Origin: Octopus vulgaris
Taxonomy: Eukaryota
Direction of reading: 5' to 3'
Assembly: GCA_951406725.2 (NCBI GenBank)
Contig: OX597825.1
Coordinates: 88,846,001 to 88,910,000 of the forward strand
DNA length: 64,000 nucleotides
The notes under the pieces were generated by a model. The model was not told the DNA's origin. It did not search any database and was given only the letters and a program-made list of their open reading frames with translations. Numbering within the stretch: the first letter of the stretch is position 1; every line of letters starts with the position of its first letter. A program made the translations under genes and the position numbers. Positions 53,090 to 64,000 of this stretch are shown here, one piece after another.

Positions 53090-53500
53090 CAGGACGCAGA
53101 AACTTCCTCTTTGGTTCGCCCACCTAAAGTCATCCACGAGTCCAACTGATTTTAGAGTCTCAATTTCGTGACTGGAAAAGGCCAACTTCGATAAGATTCT
53201 TTTTACCTCCGTAAGAAGATAAGCACGTAAATCGAATTGAAGATAGCGAGTTTGGCTTTTTTTACCCACCTCTCATTTTCTGAGGAACGATTACTGGAGC
53301 TGGCGTACGACTGTGCCAGCATCTGCAATTCTAGCATCCAATTCAGCCCGCTGTTTCCTATCACTGTTAAATACGGAGGTAAGAGCCGCCGTCGTTGATG
53401 CATCAAATACAAACACTTTGTTGTCTGAGTCACTGCAGCTTTCGATGTAATTAAGACTGAGTCATATGTCCTACAAGAAGACCGCAATTTCTCAGAAATC
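53090..53500 (-). mobile_element. Decayed RTE-type RT fragment
   Basis: ELDARIADAGTVVRQL...KKAKLAIFNSIYV resembles the RTE post-RT thumb region. Confidence 0.6.
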
Positions 53501-54766
53501 TCATATTATATTATCGTACAACATTTCAATAGGTTTAACTGGAACTTGCACACACATCTTCACTAAGGTTGTGTTAAAACTCTCAAGTTGAAAATTTTCG
53601 ATGATAGTGATCTGATCACGTAACTATTTAGATGAAAGGCGATATATCAGTTTAAATATAAAACATGGTAGTCGAGTGGACCGTAAAACATCATTTTGTT
53701 TTTCAAGAACAGCCAATGGCTCAACGCTTTTGAGAAACGTAGTCTATAATTTGGGACTTTTAACCTGTTTCAGTTAGTTCAAAGGAATTGAGACTAGTTC
53801 AACCATGAATAAAATCTATACGGCTACATCAATGTGCCAGAGACTGGCGCTTGCATAACTGCGACGTGTCTGACTGTAAGTCAATGAAGCTCTGCATAAT
53901 TATATTTAGTATAGAGTGTAAATTCTTGTACGAGAAGAACAGACCAGAGAGGTTTAATGTTAAGTAACAGTGAACGATGTCCGTTTGATGGTTTTTAGAA
54001 GAAGTAAGGCGTATTGATTTATGCAGGAAATACAATTAAATGAAATGTAAAAACACTATAACCAAAAGAGTGATTACACTCAGACATATCGTCCTCCTCC
54101 CTTCTACGAACGCTGCAGTGCATTTATAGGTGTTCTGAGTCGCCAAATGGCTTACGTAAATATTTTTACTAATTCGCTGTGCATTAACTGTACATTTGAA
54201 AAGCCATGAACATAGGAAGCAGTAAGTTTATCGAGGAGAATACTAATTTTAACGTATAAGCTTATTCAGAGCAACCACACTTTACTGGAGTGAATACTAA
54301 TCATTTGAACTTGATCGCTAATGTTGAATATTTGCTAAAAGTTAACTCGCATTTTTCTTTTAGCTGTGTAACACCAGTTTAAATAGTCTCCCTTAATAAA
54401 GATAAATTGTGCATCTGGAAGCAGTAGAATACAAATTTCAACTTTAATTAATTATCAGATTTCTATTTATCAGAGCAGAATACAAATTGCAATTCTTAAT
54501 TAAGTGTAAAATACAACATGGTTTTTTTACGAATATAATGAAATTAGAGAGAACTGATTTCAACAAACTGGAATTCATATTCTATGGAATGAATTGTTAA
54601 GATTTGAAAACTAGGGAATATGGAGAACATTTTTCATGTGAGAAATATTGAATCGATTGAGTCAGTCGAGTGTGTGTTTGGTGTTTATTTTATCGAAACT
54701 GTCATGTTGTGAAGAGCAGTGAAAACACTCAAATGACGAGGTAAATGGATGAGACTAAATAAGTTC

Positions 54767-55007
54767 TATATTCTTATTTCTTTACTGCCCTCAAGGAGCT
54801 ACAAACAGAGGAGACAAACAAGGAGAGACAAACGGATTAAGTCGATTATATCGACCCTAGTGCATAACTGGTACTTATTTAATCGACCCCGAAAGGATGA
54901 AAGGCAAAGTCGACCTCGGTGTAATTTGAACTCAGAACGTAGCGGCAAACGAAATACCGCCAAGCATTTCGGCCGGCGGGCTAACGGTTCTGCCAGCTCG
55001 CCGCCTT
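54767..55007 (-). mobile_element. SINE family A, full length, 11-bp TSD
   Basis: TSD TAAATAAGTTC at 54756-54766 and 55008-55018. Confidence 0.92.
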
Positions 55008-55529
55008 TAAATAAGTTCAATTTTCTGCCAGTTCAACTACCACATCACCATGGTTTTAATATTTCAGATGCAAAGCTGATAAACCTGCATCTGCTAGGAG
55101 GAGGTGTCTCGAAACAGAAACTGATGTCACGACCTTGGCTTTTAGAATTTATCTTTTGTTTTACAATCAGTTTTTAGTCGAGGCAACAGACGAGCAATTT
55201 TGAGGAGAGAGATAATCAATTATTTTAGAATAAATGAAACTCAATGCTTGTTTAGTATTTTTATTTTTATTTAGAGAGGAAAGAAGAAACAGAGTACAAG
55301 ATTTAGGATAGGAAAACAAAAGGATATAATCGCTTGCAAATGTGGTCGATGTTCGATTTATTTAACCAAACAACTGGCTGCAGCAAAATACCAACCTCGA
55401 GAGATGTGCCTTTTAATAAGTTCTACGATGTATAAAAAATTTATTTCAGTATCCTTGACAGAGTAAAATATTTTGAATAGAAATGAATTAGATTTAAATT
55501 TTCCCTGAAAGTTACGATGACTATTTTTT

Positions 55530-55750
55530 TGCTTCTTTATTACCCACAAGGGGCCAAACATAGAGGGGACAAATAAGGACAGACAAACGAATTAAGTCGA
55601 TTACATCGACCCCAGTGCATTACTGGTACTTAATTTATCGATCCCGAAAGGATGAAAGGCAAAGTCGACCTCGGCAGAATTTGAACTCAGAACGTAACGG
55701 CAGACGAAATACGGCTACGCATTTCGCCCGTCGTGCTAACGGTTCTGGGA
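55530..55750 (-). mobile_element. SINE family A
   Basis: Near-consensus GAAAGGATGAAAGGCAAAGTCGACCTCGGCAGAATTTGAACTCAGAACG. Confidence 0.9.
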
Positions 55751-56455
55751 CGGCATATTGATTGCTTTTCTCTTGAAAAGTTTACCTTCTTCTGTAGAAA
55801 GGGGTATTAATTTCAACATTTATGCGTAGTCAATAACAGATAGCCATGATAGCTCTGTATTTATCATAAAACTTCATTTGATATTTGCAGCACAGGAGCG
55901 AAGTTGTAAATGCAAAGAGAGACAAAAAAAAAAAGGCTATATTTTTAGAATATAATGAAATCTGCTGCCCTTGTTAGTCAATGTTGTAAATAGAACACTT
56001 TAACAAATCAAAACGACAGGAAATATTTTTAGATTCCTAATTAAAATATTTCTCAAGTAGTTAGGATATTTGACGTCTCCATTTCCCTTCACACCAAATT
56101 CACATATGTATGTATTTACACAGTGTATGGAGATGTGTACTTACAACACGCGGTTTTATTTTGAAACTCAGTCCCATCACTCAGAAATGGCATCCGCTAA
56201 TTTAAACGTAATATACAAACTTTTAAACCTGTACGTGTGTGTGTGTATGTGTGTGTGTGTGTGTGTGCGCTTGTGTGTGCATGTGTGTGCATATGTTTGC
56301 GAGTGTACTCGGTGGGTATTGTACTTGGAAGAAGTGGATGTGTGTTTAGTGATGGGGTGGACCTATACATTGAGTTGAATGTGAAATAGGCAGCTTCGCG
56401 AAACGTCTTAAGCATTACTCAATCAGAATCGGGATCCGAAATCTTTTTTCAGCAG

Positions 56456-56530
56456 ATAGGATAAGAATAATGGGGGACTCTAGCTTAGGTTTGAATGTTG
56501 GAATGACTTCTACGATTGTAGAAACTGAAG
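56456..56530 (+). CDS. Weak candidate exon (75 nt, phase 1-1): RIRIMGDSSLGLNVGMTSTIVETE
   Basis: TCTTTTTTCAGCAG acceptor and AAG|GTAAGT donor; one open frame; no homology recognised. Confidence 0.25.
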
Positions 56531-57341
56531 GTAAGTGATGATCAGCACAACAGCTTGACAACATATTTACACTTCCGTTTAGAGAGGAAATGCACTTTTA
56601 CATCATTCTGGTAAGTATTTCCAGTTTAGAGGTTTCGAAATTTAACGTTGATGTTTCAGCTTTCCATTGAAGTTATTCGAATACTTATGTAAAATGCAGT
56701 GTTTCTCACACAATAATAGCCACCCGCCTTTCGACTAATTATACAGTCACTGAACAGTTCGTACGTCTCTCGTATGCTACAGTATTATGAAGACTGTTAC
56801 CAGAACAGATGTGAGGTTAATTATCCATTGCCTAACAAAACCATCAATAACAAACCAAGCTACTGTAGTTTTCGCAAAATATTCGAACCTCAGCTTGACT
56901 ACATTGGCAACAAATCTTCTTGCAGAAATATTCTGTTTTCTAAAGCATTCAAGTAGAAAGAAAATATCATATTAGTCTTACCACATGCAAATCCCCTAGA
57001 AACATATTTGTAGAGATATCCGACTAATCAAATATTCTGTCTATCGTTCTTCAACTCTGTCTTTCCCGGGGCTGTTGTCACTCTCCATTGAACTGATGTG
57101 TATTTACAGTAAATGAAGAGCTAAGAACATGACAGACATACCTGATGTGGCTGATCATGTATAGCAAGCGTGTGTGTGTGTGTGTGATGCTAAACAGAGA
57201 AGTGTCATTAATGGAATCATTGATCACAATTTTATGGCAACATATTGTCACGTTATGGATGTGAAAGGGAAAAGTTCATTTTGCGCATGTGAGTTATAGG
57301 TGTGTGTAGGGGGGAGATGGGCAGATTGGAATGTAGTGTGT

Positions 57342-57390
<49 letters not shown>

Positions 57391-58139
57391 TGTGTGTGTG
57401 AGGGTTATGATGTTGAAGGAAATGAAGCTAGAAATTGAAATCTTGGTGGAAATTTCCAATCCAAGGCGGAACGTTTTAAGTCTGTATAAAAGTCAAGACG
57501 GAGACGTGAATGGTATGTATGGTCTGTAGAACGGAAATTAGCAGTTGTCGTGTCGGATATCCCTGAAATATAGCTGGTTACTTATATTACCTTCTAAGCG
57601 GATATTAGTGGAAGTTTAACGTTTTACCGCACAGCGCACAATAAGAAGGTTGGTTGAGATGTGTGAAGTGACAGGATAAGATGGATGAAAACTTTTTCAC
57701 TCTAGGAAGAGAAATAATGATGGACATGGAAATTTTCATAGATCTCGCAAATTTAGTATGAACAGTCTGATTAAAAATTGCGAATAACGTTACTGGTCTG
57801 GAAGCGACATCAGTTATTTTGTTCTTGAGCCCACGTAGACCCTATGTCTCGAAGCTGCCCAATGTTTTGTTTCGTGACATCAGTTCGTTGTATTTGCCGG
57901 GTATTTGTCGTGATTTAATGAAAAAATAACGCTGTTGCGGCAACAGAATTTCGGTGGGAGCACATTTGGTGGGGTTGGATACAAATTTGGCAATGCTAAG
58001 TTTGGATTCACAGCATTGATGGGGCTGTAGTCTATACTGGCGGCATGCATTATATTACCCTATCGTTGAGGGTGGAGCAGCCAGGCCGAAGGTAGTATGT
58101 GTGGATTGTCCGCTGCCAGTGGATTCAACTTCATTAATA

Positions 58140-58790
58140 AGGTGTGCCTCTGGTGGTAACAATAAGTTAGCTCACTTCTCCTGTTGACGTATACTGCATG
58201 TTGCTGGAATATGTGCAATTTCTCGTGCGGCAGAGTTGGCAACTGCGAATTCAGAGACGTAAGGAGGTGCCTAATCAATGGTTCTCCATTCGATGTTAGG
58301 GAAGTCGTTCCGATCGTCACATCGTCTCCAAATAAAACGGGACTACGAGGTTGAATGTTTCCCTAATCCTGCAAATGAAGAAAAGCAAATTCCGTTTATG
58401 CGTTCCCTTGTGGGTCACTGGCCATCATGCCATCTGATATTGTGACAGTGGTTCTATAGACCAAAGCCTTTGAGAGACAGCATCTCCCATTGGGCAGTTG
58501 GTAATATTGGGGACTGTCTAGACGTGTGTTTGCGTTTACTGTGGCGTGCAATGTTAGAGGAAATCATTGTCTAAGCTGAAGTAACTGACCCTGAAGATGT
58601 GGAGGTTGAAAAGGTTATAATACGGATGGGGTGTCGGGAAGTTCCTTGCTATGCTGACTGAAATAAGTAAATGACTGATGTTTGGCAGCAATCTTGAAAT
58701 TATTCCATATACTATTACTCTACCTGTAGACGTGTGACGAGTCAGGTTCATTCTATGAGCCTTTGAAATTTTAAGTTTCGTGGATCTCAA
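58140..58790 (-). mobile_element. Decayed Penelope/Neptune GIY-YIG remnant
   Basis: NCP..CLSKALVYRTTVT...SSF...SRFIW...NIEWRTID*APPY..CQLC...VNRRSELTYCYH. Confidence 0.75.
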
Positions 58791-58839
58791 TCAAACTGTT
58801 ATTAAGTATGTATGCATATGTATGTATATATGTATATAT

Positions 58840-59160
<321 letters not shown>

Positions 59161-60213
59161 TATATATATATATTTCTGCGCATTAGTGAGTGACCAATCA
59201 GAAAATGGTATTATATGAGAAGAAGTGTTAATTTAGCGATAATTGGTTCATGTTTCTGGTTAAAAACAAAAAACTTCAAAAGTTGATTTGCTCCATTAAC
59301 TTCCTGTTATTCTCAAATGGTTTTTGTGATTACCAAGACACACCCGCCTCCAACCTAAGTAGCTATTATATCCAATCACCAATGCATTAGCTGTATGTCA
59401 TGTACAAGGTTTTATACACACACACACGAACACACACGCACACACAAGCACGCAAAGACACAACCACACACAAGTACACAAACGCACACACTCACACACG
59501 CACACACAAGCACACACATACACGCACACACGCAACACACACACATACACACACACGCATATAAACATACAGGCATTCATATTTGTGAGGACGTAGGAGG
59601 TTTATTCTTCATTAATTATAATATTGTTCCTTAATTACTGTAATTACTTGGCCTGAACTTTGTAATTTCTGAGGAATTATCCCGGAAAATAATTACTAAA
59701 CCTTTTAATCTCGTGTACGTTTGCTTTTATTTACTAATAATTCTATTTGCTAGTTGCTAGTAGCAACCGTAGTTGACGAATCCATTATTTCTTCTTATTC
59801 TCCTCATTTCATTCAACGGACCATATTCATGCTGCAGTCACTGACGTCAACATTTTAGTCCAATATTTTGTCCTCAGAACATAATTAGAACTTAACCAGA
59901 ATTAACCAACTACCAAGCAGTACTTAATCGAACACTATCGATTCTATAAGCAACCTACTATTCTTCTGCTTTCGTCGTTTACACACACACACACGCGCGC
60001 AAATGATGCCGACCTATGTATTGTGTCTTTTCAGGACTGATAAGTAATTATTCTATTTTCACATAACCACTTCATTCGCTGCAAGTGTCTATATAAAGAA
60101 CACAAGACATATATTCTTGCTTTTCATTGTTATTAAATAATTATATTTTGAAGTAGCCACTTCGTTCGGTACGTGTCTGGGGAAAGAATACCAAACCGTA
60201 CTTATTCTCTTCC

Positions 60214-60290
<77 letters not shown>

Positions 60291-60712
60291 ATTCTCGAAC
60301 TCGCTTTCTCATCTCCTCATTTCCGCTTTTCGTCTTTCATCTTCACCTTTCACAATCTTTCAATCCAACGGAAGCAGCTACAGCTATGGTACCATCCTAC
60401 TTTCTCTTGTCTCGCTTTCTATCAATCTATGTATCTACATTTCTCGCTTTCGCTCTCTTTATCAACAATATATTGATTTATTAGATTGGCACACAGCCTA
60501 TCCTCAAAAGATAAAAGAAAAGTTTCCCATTAGAATATGCAAACACATACCTATCCACGTACATACAGCAGCTCTTTCACAAACCCAAACACACACCACA
60601 ATAATACATGCACGCATGCGCAGGCACAGAGACCCGCGTGCATGGATGTATGTCTACGTGTATGTGTGTATATATATATGTATATATATGTATGTATATA
60701 TGTATATATATC

Positions 60713-60760
<48 letters not shown>

Positions 60761-61591
60761 GAGAGAAAGATAAAATATATAGATAGATACGTATACATAT
60801 AGATACCTACATATATATCTTTATATGTATGTATGTATGTATTCATGCTGAGAAATTTAAAACATCTATCAAACTACCGTAAAGTCAACATCGAACACAA
60901 CTTCCGGGGAAAACATCTTGGACCAGTAAAAATATGACAGCATAACGGATCTTCCTTACTCTCTACATTTATTCTATTCACAATCTCACGCAGTAATTTA
61001 TGTTTAAATGCACATTGTCACTGATAATATATACGCAAATACACATGCATACACAATATATATCTAAACACATCTACTATATGCATAAATATATACATAA
61101 ACCTAATACATACACCAATACGCACAGACATAAATAAACTTAAATGCACAAGAGGCACTCATAAAATATACATAAATACACATAATATGTATATAAATAC
61201 AAATACACGCACAATATTACATTGGTATAAATACACAGACACACGTGCACACACATTTATACATAAAAAAACAAGTCCACACCATCATAACTGCATGAGT
61301 AAGAAGTTTGCTCCGCAACTGTATTATATTGTTATTGGATCTCGCCAGGTGGCGCCTTGAGCCTGCACCTTCTACTCTACAATTGGCTTATACAATGGTT
61401 TCTAAGAAAAAAATCGTAAGACGAAAAGAGAAACGCAGAGAAGCCATTCATGCATGCTTACATGCAGACATGCATACTGATACACACACATATATATAAA
61501 ACTAATCAAAAGACTAGTTTTTTTTTCACGCTAGACCACTGGTAGCCCAAAAAATTTCAAAATAACTTTTTTGCTAGCCTGACATTTAGTA

Positions 61592-61640
<49 letters not shown>

Positions 61641-61830
61641 ATTAAGGGTTTAGCAACGATTTGCCTCACCACACACCGAATTTAGAAATAGCAGTCAAAG
61701 AGTTATAGCTATTCCTTTCTACTAAAAGGGAGATCTCAGTAAAACCACAGTACTTGGGGCTTTTACATGCCGAAATCTACATGGTGAAATTAATGATTAT
61801 TCTAAATTAATTAATTTCACCCTTCATTAT

Positions 61831-61878
<48 letters not shown>

Positions 61879-61892
61879 AAATATATATATAT

Positions 61893-61938
<46 letters not shown>

Positions 61939-61949
61939 GTAATAGTAAC

Positions 61950-61995
<46 letters not shown>

Positions 61996-62197
61996 GTAAT
62001 AGTAATAATAATAACAATAGTAATAATAATAATGATAATAATAATAATGATAATATGAGGGAATAATATTCCAAACGTACAGGGAAAAATTCTATTTAGA
62101 AATACTAAATCAAATTATAGAAATTTGTATAAAATTTGCTATATCAAATTTGATAAAAGGTGGGTTTTTTTCTAATTTATATATATATATATATATG

Positions 62198-62288
<91 letters not shown>

Positions 62289-62327
62289 CACACGCACAAT
62301 ATTACATTGGTATAAATACACAGAGAC

Positions 62328-62380
<53 letters not shown>

Positions 62381-62915
62381 AGAGAGAGAGATCCACGTAT
62401 GTGTTTGTGTGTGAGTGAGTGGCATCTCTACACATGCACTCACACTCATACATCTATGAATTAGTGACTGTCTTGAGTGTGTCTATGCAGATGTGGAATG
62501 ATATATTTTACATACGCGACAATTTATTTTTATGTTATGCTGCTCTCAGGTTTGCTTGGAAAAAAGTTTTCTCTCCATAAGTAAAGCTATAAGTGCGTCG
62601 TAATATTATTGGTGAAAATAATTCGATATAAAAGATCAACAAAAAGGAATATAGAAAATGTTCAAACTGCGTCACACAAACATGTGTTGAATTGCCTTGC
62701 GCTGAACATCTGCTGTTTTTTATGTATTGATTAGATACATGTTGTTTTCATGTCTTCAGTATCATGTGTATGCTATAGAGATGGACAAGGCAAGCGGATA
62801 TAGTGAATGAGTTTTTCATGTTGGTGTATACATAGGTGACCTTATTCTGGTAAATAATAATTAAGAAATATACATGTTGCCCGGAGGGCAGGTATTAAGT
62901 TTGTTTCAATATCAT

Positions 62916-63149
62916 GGATATTTCTTTACTACCCACAACGGGCTACACACAGAGGGGACAAACAAGGACAGACAAACGGATTGAGTCGATTACATCGACC
63001 CCAGTGCGAAACTGGTACTTTATTTAATCGACCCCGAAAGGATGAAAGGCAAAGTCAACCTCGGCGGAATTTGAACTCAGAACGTAACGACAGACGAAAT
63101 AGCGCATTTCGCCCGGCGGCGTGCTGACGTTTCTGCCAGTTCGCCGCCC
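62916..63149 (-). mobile_element. SINE family A, full length, 16-bp TSD (1 mismatch)
   Basis: TTTGTTTCAATATCAT (62900-62915) / TTTGTTTGAATATCAT (63150-63165). Confidence 0.92.
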
Positions 63150-63189
63150 TTTGTTTGAATATCATAGAGAAGCACAAGTAGAACGCATG

Positions 63190-63790
63190 CGTATTGGCAA
63201 TATTCCTTCTGTTTATATTGACTGTGCAATCAGTGAAATGTTGGTGCATCTGTGACAGCTCACCCTGACACCTATCGATTATTTATACCGTCATGCATTT
63301 TAATGATTACGTAAACAATTTACCTATATTTCCAGTCATACCGAAAATGAACAGTTTAGCGTTTGCTCCGGCCAACCACTACCACCAGAATTCATCATGG
63401 AAGAAATGGTTGGAACACTTACTCAAGAATTTCAAAAACCTAGAGTTGAGAGAAGCTGGTCTTGTGCTGCATTCTGGCCTCACTTTATCCAGGTCGAAAG
63501 GGTTTAAGATAACAAACAAAGAATTGCAGGTAATCGATTTTTACAGTGCTTGCTTACTACTACCACTACTACTACTACTAACTGCCTCTGTCCAGCCAGC
63601 CGCCATGATTGACTGATAGCTCCAAAAGTTATTTTCTCTTTGTTTATTTCTTCATGTTCCTTTCTGTTGATGAACGTTGCCTCGAAATGTAAAAGACTTT
63701 CTCACCTTCCCGAGCGTTAAACTAATGCACCAGTTTGTTGTTTATTCACCTGTCTTCGTCTTTTATATTTCTGTAAATTTCTAATACATT
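63190..63790 (+). mobile_element. Probable highly decayed Penelope 3' end with hammerhead-like remnant
   Basis: ELREAGLVLH resembles GIY-YIG C-termini; CTTT-CTGTTGA-..CTC-GAAA-TGTA-AAAG at 63660-63695. Confidence 0.45.
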
Positions 63791-63965
63791 TAGCAGAAGT
63801 AATGTCTAAGAGTTCCGTTCGTTGGCACACTTCAAACTTGATAAGTGGCAACGCACGAAACTCTAGGAGCAGGAATCACTCTCTTACTTGTGCTGAATAT
63901 TAATAAAAATATACATATACTCATATTTTGACTTCTCTTTTACCAATTTGCATCACCACACCTGC

Positions 63966-64000
<35 letters not shown>

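Noticed and set aside
57860-57890. CTGATGTCACGAAAC on the minus strand
   Set aside because: No room for stem II and no stem I or III

Overview
AT-rich, microsatellite-dense eukaryotic (animal) genomic DNA. The tRNA-derived SINE families and simple-repeat profile look like an octopus/coleoid cephalopod genome (inference, not proven). The window is mostly intron or intergenic sequence packed with transposon remnants: one nearly intact 5'-truncated R4/Dong-clade RLE LINE (20.1-22.6 kb) inserted in (AAT)n, three decayed RLE-LINE relatives, four Penelope GIY-YIG remnants (three clearly Neptune-type), Tx1/L1 and RTE fragments, a decayed piggyBac, Tc1/maT/mariner remnants and a mariner MITE, and more than 20 SINE copies, several with clear target-site duplications. 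No complete host gene is visible. One convincing 108-nt + strand exon lies at 38321-38428, with two weaker exon candidates. The most notable structures, read by eye and not computed, are a set of self-cleaving ribozyme motifs: four well-formed minimal hammerheads (two with a C-C-G-A-U-G-A core variant, one in an ~85-bp island inside a (TA)n tract), two decayed ones, and an HDV-like fold at an RTE-type 5' end. There is also a 370-bp palindrome built from two head-to-head tRNA-derived units. Most ORF-track entries are microsatellite artefacts.
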